A DNA stretch of 63,211 bases, filler included, from Phoronis australis (Eukaryota > Animalia > Phoronida): the NCBI GenBank assembly GCA_002633005.1. It is 11 parts of 11 records of this genome, joined end to end, with 100 filler letters (N's around TTAATTAATTAA, not from the genome) between each part and the next. Parts side by side here need not be neighbours in the genome. Positions count along the whole stretch, not along the records: positions 1 to 14,334 come from NMRA01000131.1; 10 more parts are not named here. One strand, 5' to 3'. The translations under genes were made by a program, and so were the position numbers. The notes beneath the pieces were generated by a model, which had not been told where the DNA came from, ran no database searches, and was given only the letters and a program-made list of their open reading frames with translations. Below, piece after piece: positions 1-10,578 of the stretch (position 1 is the stretch's first letter; every line of letters starts with the position of its first letter).

Positions 1-651
1 GCGGAGAGTAAGCCTGATAACAGTAAAACTTTGGGATACCAGGAACTGTCTAAAACCAACCCACTCAGTGAAGTTTAAGAACGCAGATTGTGTAAAATAT
101 AAAACGTTATCAAAACTGCCAGCAGAAAGGATACGTCACCGGCAACACATGGCCCCTAAATTTGCGCTTGATCGAGGAACCACGAAAATTATTTCCAAGG
201 AGCCCTTTCATCTCATTGACTACTAAACAATACGTTGAAAGAAAAGTAACAGACGTGTTTCTAAAAACCTTCTTTAATCAAAATAAACTACATGAAATAG
301 AGCAACACTTTCAAACAGCATAGGATCAGATAGTCAAAATCACTGTATCGACAAGAACATCAAGCTACATACTATATGTTTAATGTCAACAGTAGTTTCC
401 TGTTAGTTTTAAATATGTTTCAATACCGTCACTGCTACTCCAGCTTGATTCGGGCTCGCTTGTTTCGTCATAGCCTATTTCCTTTACCTCTTGATCGGCT
501 TGGTTTTCTTGTAAAACACCAGCACCTTCAAAAAGGACATCAGGAACGGCAGATCCACAAAACCATTTGGGAGTGTAGTATCCATCTTGTGCCTTCCAAC
601 CATAGGTAAGAGGAACCAAACCGTTTCCCGGATCGGCCGAATCCACTTGGC

Positions 652-1013
652 CTCAGAGAAAGGCAACATAATGGGCTCGTTTGAGCTTTTTCAACAGTGT
701 CTTTCGGCAAGGAGGAAAAATGCGCAGTCTTTCTTCTTGATGTTGGACATCGGAGAAATTTTATTGACGAGGAACCAATTGTCTAAAAGCTGACGAACAA
801 AAACATAAAACCCATGCGCGCACCCAGCCTCACTCAGAGAAAGGCAACATAATGGGCTCGTTTGAGCTTTTTCAATAGTGTCTTTCGGCAAGGAGGAAAA
901 ATGCGCAGCCTATCTTCTTGATGTTGGACATCGGAGAAAATTTTATTGACGAGGAACCATTTGTCTAAAAGCTGACGAACAAAAACATAAAACCCATGCG
1001 CGCACCCAGCCTC
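652..1013. repeat. ~181-bp tandem duplication inside the transposase relic
   Basis: 652-832 and 833-1013 are near identical (CTCAGAGAAAGGCAACATAATGGGCTCG...CACCCAGCCTC). Confidence 0.9.
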
Positions 1014-1247
1014 TAGTATTGGGGGGCTCGAATTTCTGACCAAGTGGACCTTTTGCTAACAGAAAAGCTGGAGGACTAAAAAAACGGGGTACCTTCTTCA
1101 GTACTGTGAACTGTGCGTCTGCGCCTTTTTGGTGAACTTTTGTCTCGTTTTCACGGACTGTTTGTTTCTCTGAGGCGGACCTTTTTGCCCACTCCACCAA
1201 ATGGGGGGCTCCTTCGAGCCCCCCGAGCCCTCCTGGGTGGGCGCATG
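995..1247. mobile_element. MITE with 15-bp TIR (hAT-like); related pieces near 25885-26090 and 56367-56525
   Basis: CATGCGCGCACCCAG ... CTGGGTGGGCGCATG (14/15 inverted match); internal GGGGCTCGAAT..TGA...GTG.ACCTTTT recurs at ~25888 and ~56388. No clean TSD. Confidence 0.65.
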
Positions 1248-2199
1248 AAATCTCACCACCATTTACTGTTTTTTGACGTGAAACTGGGCATTTTGGTTTA
1301 ACACTATGAAGACATTTGAAATTATTTTCGTTGCTTTTATGAACTATATTTTATTAATTACAGTTATTACCTTGTTCATTTTTCCGGTCATCTCTATTAA
1401 TTTCAGATATCGGCGCTTCATTGACATCTTTGACTCCTCCCTTCATTAAATAGGAGGCACATGTCTTCTTCTAACTTTCTTCCGTCTGGGACATCTACGC
1501 TTATTAACTCTGAGAAGAAGCTGATAAGTGTCCCAGACGAGTCTTTCGTCAGGATTTCCAGGGGGCACCCTTTCCCTTTCCTAAACAGTGCTGCTGTGAC
1601 GTCACACCCTGTCATTGCATGCAATTTTCAGGCAATGCTGCAACGAGACCCCTTGTTACCGAAACACATCGTTGTTTATATATTTATTTAAATAGCATCG
1701 GGACTCCACCGCGTGGCTGCGCAGCAAATTAGGGGTGATTTGTATTTTATCACGGTAGACATTATGTCGGCCATCGACAAATGACTCCACGAAACTAAAA
1801 CATTGCAAACACTATACACTACACTGAATTTCGACATCATGTAAAAATTTCTTCAAAAAGTTACAACTAGGCGAGTTAACTGTCTTACATCTTGACACCC
1901 GTCTGCTTTTCGCTTGTAGTGATCATGAGAGTAAACACAGGCTTTAGTGAACGATAGTTTTTTTATAATTAGTTTTTGTTTCCTGCGGTCCCACTTTTTG
2001 CAGTTAACTTATTAAATACACAACTTTTGTCACCAATTGTGTACTTCGATTTTCCTGGTGCAATTTTTAATATCTTGTTATCCATTTGTTTGGATTTCCC
2101 ACCCGAGTACTTGAACTAGCAGGGGAAAGCTGCATGAACCATTGTACCTCCAATTTTAAGGTTCTTTCTGCGTTTTTGACAGACCATTTCCGAGTAAAA

Positions 2200-3067
2200 T
2201 TTGTCTTTCACGGGTCATTGGGTTTTCAGTGCAGCCCGATTGTTGGTTTTATATCAGTTTAAGCCGATACCTTGAAAATCTAACTGTCTCAAAAATGGCA
2301 AACCGTGGTTGAGATTTTTGAGGGTTTCTGCCAGGGACAATCCAGAGTGTATTTTGTCTGCAGGTCATAGGGCATTTAGTGACCTGTGACATGTATTGAA
2401 TCTCATGTAATTGTTTTTGTGGTATCTCGAATGAATGTGCTAGCTCATTTTTGGGGGGTCCTTTTTTGGTTTCTGCCGGACCCATTCCAGGGTGCAATTT
2501 GTCTGTCTTGGGTCATTTGGTGTTCAGTGCGGTACTATTGTTCGTTTAAAATCAGTTTTGGCCGGTACCTCGAAAATCTAGTCTNNNNNNNNNNNNNNNN
2601 NNNNNNNNNNNNNNNNNNNNNNNNNNNNNNNNNNNNNNNNNNNNNNNNNNNNNNNNNNNNNNNNNNNNNNNNNNNNNNNNNNNNNNNNNNGTTTTAGTGA
2701 TCTGTGACATGTATTGAATCACATGGAATTGGTTTTGTGTGGTACCTCGAATGTATGTGCTAGCTCCTTTTTGGGGGGTCTTTTTTGGCTTCTGCCGGAC
2801 CCATTCCAGAGTGCAATTTGTCTGTCATGGGTCATTCGGTGTTCAGTGCGGTATTATTGTTCGTTTTAAATCAGTTTTGGCTGGTACCTCGAATATCTAG
2901 TCTAGCTCATTTTTTGGGGTCTTTGTAAGGCCCCCAGGGGTCACACCCAGAGTGCATACAACGGCAGACGTCCATTTCTGTACATACTGAGGTGGACTGT
3001 AAATGCTCCCGTGGTCAGATGTTGGTACCTCGTTCATCTATGCTAAGTGCTCTGGGCTGCCGGTCTA
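2200..3067 (-). mobile_element. Probable 5' end and subterminal ~300-bp repeats of the Academ-like element
   Basis: Repeated blocks GGGTCATT..GT.TTCAGTGC...TACCT.GAA.ATCTA at ~2212, ~2510 and ~2829; region ends GCTGCCGGTCTA (TAGACCGGC on minus), a plausible TAG terminus. Other end not visible. Confidence 0.4.
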
Positions 3068-4294
3068 TACGAATCCATAAACCTTTTTACACGCACAATT
3101 AAATGCGCAAAACCTTTAATTTAATGCTCAAGCTATACAACGAGTGCGTGTTGAAACACAACATTGACCTTGGACCAAAGATGGACTCCTTGCATCAGGA
3201 CGTTAGTAAGCGGGGGGAGGGCGAGTCCAACCCCCTCAAAAATTTGCTTGCCTCAGGGTCAAACCATGGCAATCGACAAAGGTGTGGGACTGGGGAAGGA
3301 CAAAAAAGAAAGACTTCGAATACTGATCAGAGAGAAAATTCAAGAAAACATTGACAACTCGGCATCAGTGTATGGTTTACCATTTGAGGGCCCTGTCCAG
3401 GAGAATTGTTGTTTGGGTCTCCGTTTTTGCAGCATAGGTCGTCTAAGCGCCCTTGAAAATGTGCACGTAATCATTCATACATGTATTTCGAAAATTCGAG
3501 ACAATTTGTAAAGCAACAGTTTTGCGGAGCGTATTAATTCAGTCCAAGTTTTTCAGTGNGCAGCATAGGTCGTCTAAGCGCCCTTGAAAATGTGCACTTA
3601 ATCATTCATACATGTATTTCGAAAATTCGAAAAAATTTGTAAAGCAACAGTTTTGCGGAGTGTATTAATTCAGTCCAAGTTTTTCAGTGGTCCATAGGCG
3701 GTGCACTACGGGGGGAGGGGGCTGAGAGGGATGTAGTTCCCAATTTTTTCAGTAATGCGCCCCCTATACACCTCCGGTATGACACTGCCAACTACTCACG
3801 AGGGGAAGTTGAGATTCCAAATTCATCAAAAACACAAAACATTCGTGCACAGCACAGAAGCTGTCTTGTATGAAATGGCGATGCGTCACTGAACTTATTT
3901 GAAGCCTGAAGGCTGACTTGCAAAAATTCGATCCATCATCAGACCACCATATCGCAAAGAAGGACACTAAACGATAACAGTGATATTCATGAATGTCGGG
4001 CAGCTCTAAATGCTTTATTGAATTAAAAACTAGACTAATGAAATTCAAAAATTTACAAACCGTAGATCGAAAAAGATGTTCAAGTCATTGCTCATAAATT
4101 TGGAAAGATTGTCTTTGCACTTCCTTGATGCTTGTAGTTCCCAGTAGTATTATGCAATGAATTTAGGTTCTTCTAAACCCAATCATTTGCTTGCCATTCC
4201 CGTGCATACTGCAAAGGCTGGACACGTCGTGACTCAGTGACGCACCCACGTGGCGGGAGCAGCTAATTTCTTGACTAACACCTGCTGGATTTAA

Positions 4295-5739
4295 AGAGTT
4301 CCCACCATGCATTTTCTTACTTTTTCAGGTTTCAGTTAGCTAATATGAATTGAATACCATAAAATCTTGCTAAATAGGCACTTTTTATGCCAAATAGTGG
4401 CAACTTTTTTAATTTTGAAGAAACATTACTTATTTCTAAGTTTCCCGCCAAATCAGTGATGCAATGGGTGGAAGACGGTTGGCCGCTTGACAATCATTTG
4501 CAATGTCGGAATACTGCAGGTCAGAAGACAATGACAATATTAGGCGAGAATTGGACAATTATTATGCAGACAGAGAGGAGAGTGGATACGGGCACTCATA
4601 CTCAAGTACTTGAAGAATCAGACTATGGATTCGATTTCCCATATTTAGCGAACTTTCGTCGGGTTTCAGGCCGTATGAACTCGACCCACTTCCACGAGAA
4701 ATGACATATGTGAGCCACAACCAACTCTACCAAGTAGTGGTCACTACTCACAAAATAGACACTTAATAATTACTGACAAAGGCAACAGCCAACCTGGGTT
4801 CGTACTCGTATTCACTATTGCCGTGATGGAATGAGCAAAGCCTACTTGTAGTAGCACTCGATCTGGGTCGGGGTCCAGGGCCTGGCATGACTCGCCCTAG
4901 AATGAAAGCAGTTTGTTCGTTATTTACAAAATTTGCAAATGCACTTACTTGGTGGTGAGTCCTTCATTGTAACACCGCTTATGTGTGTGGTCGANNNNNN
5001 NNNNNNNNNNNNNNNNNNNNNNNNNNNNNNNNNNNNNNNNNNNNNNNNNNNNNNNNNNNNNNNNNNNNNNNNNNNNNNNNNNNNNNNNNNNNNNNNNNNN
5101 NNNNNNNNNNNNNNNNNNNNNNNNNNNNNNNNNNNNNNNNNNNNNNNNNNNNNNNNNNNNNNNNNNNNNNNNNNNNNNNNNNNNNNNNNNNNNNNNNNNN
5201 NNNNNNNNNNNNNNNNNNNNNNNNNNNNNNNNNNNNNNNNNNNNNNNNNNNNNNNNNNNNNNNNNNNNNNNNNNNNNNNNNNNNNNNNNNNCAGCCCTCC
5301 TGTGTTGCACCGCCTATAGACCATGGGCGGCTTAGCCCTGAAAAAGTGGGGGCTATAGCCCTACCCTAGGCCCCTATGGTGCGCCGCCCGTGACAAACCG
5401 ATGCCATTTTTGTGCAACTTTCACGTATTTAGGAAATGTGAACACTAAGACGTTCACTGTCAAGTTGTTGTTACCACAGTTTCCACAAACGCACCTTTTC
5501 ATGTCTGAAAAAGACGGCTCCACGCGGACTTTCTTCACAACTCCTCAGTATCGCACTGGTAAAACAACAACCGGGCTGAGTCGGTCTTCCACCCATTGCG
5601 TACAAACTCGATAACAGAAAAATATATTTTTAAAATTTTTAGATTGTTTCGTAGCAACAGGTGTATTAAAGGCTATTAAATCTGTTAAGATGTAATAATA
5701 AAATTCCTTTTTGAGACTGAGGGTCATGGTGGGAACTCT
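4295..5739. mobile_element. Kolobok-like non-autonomous DNA transposon (contains an N gap)
   Basis: Perfect 15-bp TIR AGAGTTCCCACCATG / CATGGTGGGAACTCT, flanked by TTAA at 4291-4294 and 5740-5743; RR terminus plus TTAA TSD fits Kolobok. Confidence 0.8.
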
Positions 5740-7031
5740 TTAAGCAAAATGACGAAGTCCACGCATACGCACGTGCAAGCGTATCCAAATACAATTAAAT
5801 GTATTTCCATGTAAAACCATTGACTTGTGTGAGTTCTTAATTTTCTTAGATCTGCCCAATCAGGTAGAACTGTGTTTCAAGTCATTCACTATAGGCAACT
5901 GAGGGTTCAAGAATTGGAAGCTCGCGTCGTATGACGTGGTATGACGTCATATGACGTAGGAGATGCGAGCCTCATTTGCATATATTAGTGACATCTGTTG
6001 GTTCAAAAAAGAGGATCATGCCCGGGTACATGCCTGGGAAGAGGCATCTTTTTAAGGGTAAAACAAGTCATGTTCAAAGCATCCTAGTGTCATTAATATG
6101 CAGTCTTTGGGTACCAAAGTGGTGTTATTTTATAGCCAAAAAGTTAAGCTTTCAAACCCAATGCTTGGATTCCAGACGACTTTAACATTTACTTTTGAAA
6201 TCACCTTTGAAAACACGTTAAAATGCGCTAAAACAGTTGTCCCTTCCTGGTTATCTCTTCCTGCCAATACCCATGAAATGAAATTTCAAAAAATGAAAAG
6301 TTTAGTTCTTTGTGAAAGAGCCCAATCCAGCACTTCGTGTTGCTGACAGCGTATTGTGTATTTGCCGCTCCTGGCGGACTGCCCCACTTTTAAAATTTTT
6401 TCCGTCATCCCACTACACCATCTAAATGTCCCGCTTTTTTGACACACGGCCAAACTGACACATATATAGATTATTACATGGCGAAGTCGTTATCCCCCGC
6501 TATCTAGAGCCCGAGTGGATTTTGGAGAATTATCGCCCGAGGGGCATACTGAACGAGAACCATTGCAACGACTCGCCTCGGCTTTGTAACTAATTTCTAT
6601 GTCAGAGGTCCGGGGTCGGAGGTCGTGACCTTTTAAGAAAAGCCGAGCTATTTCTGTCAAATGATGCTTTTACTCAAAACCAACTGAAAATTTAAACAAA
6701 ACAGAAATAAAGTGAATCTATAAATTAAGGTTTAGAAACTACTATAGCTTACTACACATTTTATCACGCTACACTTCGACCGGGAAAATATCGTATGCTA
6801 AAGTAGGTTACCACTAGTAACTGAGTATAATGCTCAAGTCAAAAGATCCCGACGACACGATACCCTCATTCAAATTAGAGATCGGTGATTTACAAGTGAG
6901 AGAGAGAGAGAAAAATTTCACTGAATTAAAATATCGTTTTTATGGAAATTATGCGTCTTATTTTTCATAGCGTATAAATGTCGGTGCAGTGCCCTTTGCT
7001 GAACATGCGATTGTTACGCGTGCTCATTTAA

Positions 7032-8714
7032 AGAAGAATGCCACCAGATTTAATTAGTCTTTTTTGCCGTCTTAATCGGTCTATATCCACATCGCCTCGC
7101 ATACGGTCGACCTTACCTTGCCGAGAGGTGTCGCGTTAACCTGTGAGGAAGGTGAGAAACGACGCAGTGACGTCAGTGGTTCATTTGCAGAGTTAATGCT
7201 GCTACGTTGCGGTGCATCGTTCCCGCTTGTCCGAACTATGCAGCCGCGAGGAAAGCGGGTATATCATATTTTCGACTTCCTCGAGAGTCCGAAATGCTTA
7301 GGAAGTGGCTCGCGGTAGTGAAGAATGAAAAGTACGCTGTTAAAAGCAAGTACGAGGCCGTGAAACATCTCCGTGTTTATGGCCTGCAGTCGTCGCGGGA
7401 CAGTGCCTGGCGAATGCCGGCTTACCGAATAACTATCCATACGTTCCGTTGTCTGAGCTTGTTCACGGCGCCTCTCTAATATTTCTTCATCATTGTACTC
7501 CTGTTCGAACTGATAGCCTGTGAAACTTACCGATCCACGTGCGAAGTCTTCGTCGGAATGAGCTCTCGTCTAAGTCGGGATTGCGAGTTGCCATGTTGAC
7601 GTTTATTACTGAGCGTTCAAAATGAATTATTCTCACCCTCACCAATACTTATATAAATCTGAAACAAAGTCCGCCTCATTAGATGTAATTTGTAATGCCT
7701 TTGGATTGGTGTGTTCGTGAGAGCAAATGATTTGAGAAGCCAGCAATGAATAAATCTCCGTGCGTTACCGGCTTTAGGTGCAATAAAATAAATTTACGGG
7801 ACACCGAAGCCGTGTGAGCTCATGCTAATTCAGTGTTTGTTGACAGAAACTGTTGTGAAACAGCTCGATTTCTATCCCACGGCCAGGTGTTAGGGGAATC
7901 TTTATGTACATTTACATTATTCAAATAATGATTGTCAATGTACAACTTCTGCCCTTGCTGACAGTTCTGCAGTGGCCCAAAGCGGAACGCTGCCCCCTAC
8001 GAGTAAGTAGATTTGCAGTTTCGTGGGCTAATTCACCAACATAATCACGTGCACTTTACTTCTTTGGCTCACTAGTATAGAATTTTCTTGACTGGAAGTT
8101 TCTGTAGTTTCCAACTTTGGCTGGTTTATGTTCGTGATGTCTGATCGGATCAGTTTCCGAGCCACTGGCTGGGATAACGATCAATGTCAGTCCGGCCGCG
8201 ACGGGTCTGATCGGGCTCCGAGCCACTGGCCAGGATAACAAGCGTTTTGTGTGTTTAGAACTCAAAAAATCACAAGTCTAAAGGGCACAGACGTAGGTTC
8301 TCCTATCTGTATCTCACGTTAAAATACTTCGAATTTATCACCGAACAGACCCCAGACTTACTGATTTCGGGCCTGCCGAACTTTGTAGGCTACCAAACAC
8401 CAATAAATCCGTAACAGTGAAATAAAACAACACGTTTTTATAGGAACTCGGTGTATTTTTAAGGGTTTTACATCGAAGTTTGATGATTTATTGGTGTTAA
8501 ACGATGAATTCAAGCAATAAGCTGACACCAATAACCCCTGTTGTGAACTGCTGAACGGACTGCGTGTGAATTAAACCAATTACGTCATTGGATAATTTCA
8601 ACACCTCCGTCTGCCGTCAGGTGTCAGGTAACGCAACCGTACGTGCCCTTATGGAGTAGAACTATTTGATCTAAATTGATACAAATTAGGTTGTTTTTTG
8701 GGTGGCATGCTCCT
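7032..8714 (+). mobile_element. Kolobok-like DNA transposon derivative with THAP remnant
   Basis: TIR AGAAGAATGCCACC / GGTGGCATGCTCCT (12/14), TTAA on both sides; the paralogous host repeat has a single uninterrupted TTAA at 45843-45846 (empty site). Confidence 0.9.
7207..7385 (+). pseudogene. THAP zinc-finger remnant
   Basis: CIVPACPN...GISYFRLP.....RKWLAVVKN...HLRVY: C-x4-C, F-x-x-P and W motifs of THAP; third Cys replaced by Tyr, His lost, no in-frame ATG. Confidence 0.75.
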
Positions 8715-8750
8715 TTAAGTATTCTATTTTCACGTTCGATGACGTCAGCC

Positions 8751-8820
8751 GCTGACTGGTGTAGTGGTAAAGTCGGCGACACGAAACTCTTGAGGTCCGG
8801 GTTCGAATCCGGCCTCAGTT
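8751..8820 (+). ncRNA. tRNA-like Pol III promoter cassette within the hairpin repeat (probably not a functional tRNA)
   Basis: A box TGGTGTAGTGG, B box GGTTCGAATCC in a CCGGG/TCCGG T-arm; anticodon arm poorly paired and not conserved with the copy at ~45879. Confidence 0.6.
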
Positions 8821-9154
8821 TCCCGCCGAAATGTTATCTCACTAGTGAGATAACTTTATGGGTTGTTACACGGTTGTATCTGCCATTCGAGGCTTATATT
8901 GTGGTATAATATATTGTATATTATTGTTATTTCCCACGCGACATAGCCGATGGACTAAAAAGAAAAAAACACGGGACATTTCCATGGGTTTTTGCAGCAC
9001 CCACAATTTCCCATTCAACTATAAAAAATGTTGTCGGGTATTTTTGGGTGTTACATCTTCCCTTCGACCGAAAACGCTGTCGGTACTTCGTTGGGTTGCA
9101 GCGAACATTTCACTCTTACGTTAGACAGAGATGTCCGACTCGCTTTTTATCCTG

Positions 9155-9305
9155 CCTCCCGTTCAGTAACGCTAGGACCTCGCTAAAAAGCAAGACCTCG
9201 CGAGATTACGTGAGATATTGCCGTGTATTTGAAATAAGAACACGTGACTTTGACTAGGTTTTAGCTAGGTCCTAGCGTAGGTCCTAGCGTCTATTGAACG
9301 CACGC
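9155..9305 (+). mobile_element. 151-bp Harbinger-like MITE, copy 1
   Basis: Inverted ends CGTTCAGTAACGCTAGGACCT / AGGTCCTAGCGTCTATTGAACG; 3-bp TSD CTG (9152-9154, 9306-9308). Confidence 0.85.
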
Positions 9306-10326
9306 CTGGAGTCCCGTTTTCGATCTAGTTGTTACCTTTTCGTTCTTGATTGTTGACCGTGACAACTTGGCAACAGGTGTTCAAAAAACATTGTCTCTTT
9401 TTGTGAACATTGTTATTTTCCAGATTCCACTTTGTTTAGTGACGTAACAATAGTGAAAATGTGTTCCAGTCACTCTTGTTTACGGTAACGTGCACTACAT
9501 GTGTCAGGATCATTAACTTTTACTTTCTGAAGAAAAGAGTTTATTTTTAAACTTTTATGTCGAGTCCTACACTCCAACCAATGTGATGAGGAGGTATCGG
9601 CATTTTTCAAAGCTACGTGATAGATGTTTGCCCATTTTTATCCATCAAAAAACATGCAAATTTCGGATAGATACTTGGAGTTTTTTTTATCGTATTTTTC
9701 GTAAATGTCACTGCATTCTGAATTTTTATAGAAGAATGCAATTGTATCAATCGACACCAAAGGTCCAACTCCAATTAAATTAATAATATGTAAAGATTAT
9801 AATTTTGGATAAATGCCTGACTAAATTATCCACAGCAAGTGTGAGGGATCCATATTCTAAAACCTTGTCTTTATAGGATTGAAATCTTTTGAATCATTGA
9901 AATTATTTCCCCAATGGCTTAACTTGTCATTTATGTAACCTCTTTGGTTCATTTCTTTTTTAAGTTACTATTTCACGCCGTGATTTTCGCATTTTGGTGA
10001 CACTCTTGGTTTTTAGAATTAAATAATATTTTTAAACCAGTCAGGTATGTGAAATGATAATAACTTACAGTGTATGACTTTTAAAAATTGTTTATAATTT
10101 GCTTCTGGAATAATCATCAAGAACTGACAAAGGGCTTTCTAATTACATGACTCTTCAAAGGGCTTTCTAATGATATGCAATTCGGTTGAAACAAGGCGGG
10201 GTTGCGAAAAGTTTTAATGACAGTAAATTCCATAACAAGTACACACCCCGAAATAAACGAATGTAAACAACTCTCACGATGCACAGCGCAACCTCAGCGG
10301 CCGCGAGATCGGAGCTGGCATTTCAG

Positions 10327-10477
10327 CCTCCCGTTCAGTAACGCTAGGACCTCGCTAAAAAGCAAGACTTCGCAAGATTACGTGAGATATTGCCGTGCAT
10401 TTTAAATGAGAACACGTGACTTTGACTAAGTTTTAGCTAGGTCCTAGCGGAGGCCCTAGCGTCTACTGAACGCACAC
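10327..10477 (+). mobile_element. 151-bp Harbinger-like MITE, copy 2
   Basis: Near identical to 9155-9305; TSD CAG (10324-10326, 10478-10480). Confidence 0.85.
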
Positions 10478-10516
10478 CAGGGCTAGAGTTCTGTATCAAT
10501 GTCAAAACAGGCCGTC

Positions 10517-10522
10517 TTTATT
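10517..10522 (-). terminator. Candidate polyadenylation signal of the DUF229 gene
   Basis: AATAAA on the minus strand 56 nt downstream of the stop codon. Confidence 0.45.
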
Positions 10523-10578
10523 AAATGTTAATGAGATTTCTAAGTTCTAAATTGATAAAAGTAAAGGAAGGCGTGTCT

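Larger units (their letters stand above)
386..1660 (-). pseudogene. Fragmented Academ(X)-like transposase C-terminus (XPG/FEN1-type H3TH nuclease region)
   Basis: Collinear minus-strand fragments HAMTGCDVTAALFRKGKG (1418-1624), FPPCRKTLLKKLKRAHYVAFL (834-900) and PLTYGWKAQDGYYTPKWF (386-646) resemble the TGCD..GKGK / LPP..RA.Y / P..GW motif order of XPG-bearing Academ proteins; broken by stops, a duplication and a MITE. Confidence 0.65.
6467..8909 (+). mobile_element. Hairpin-ended non-coding repeat, copy A (second hairpin arm deleted; interrupted by a Kolobok-like insertion)
   Basis: 6467-7031 plus 8719-8909 are collinear with 45011-46040 and, in reverse, with 57602-58397. Confidence 0.85.

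Noticed and set aside
3429-3689. 130-bp tandem duplication
   Set aside because: The copies are separated by a single N and differ by a few bases, typical of overlapping haplotype contig ends.
8751-8820. Functional tRNA gene
   Set aside because: The anticodon arm does not pair well, differs between copies, and the sequence is embedded in a repeat.
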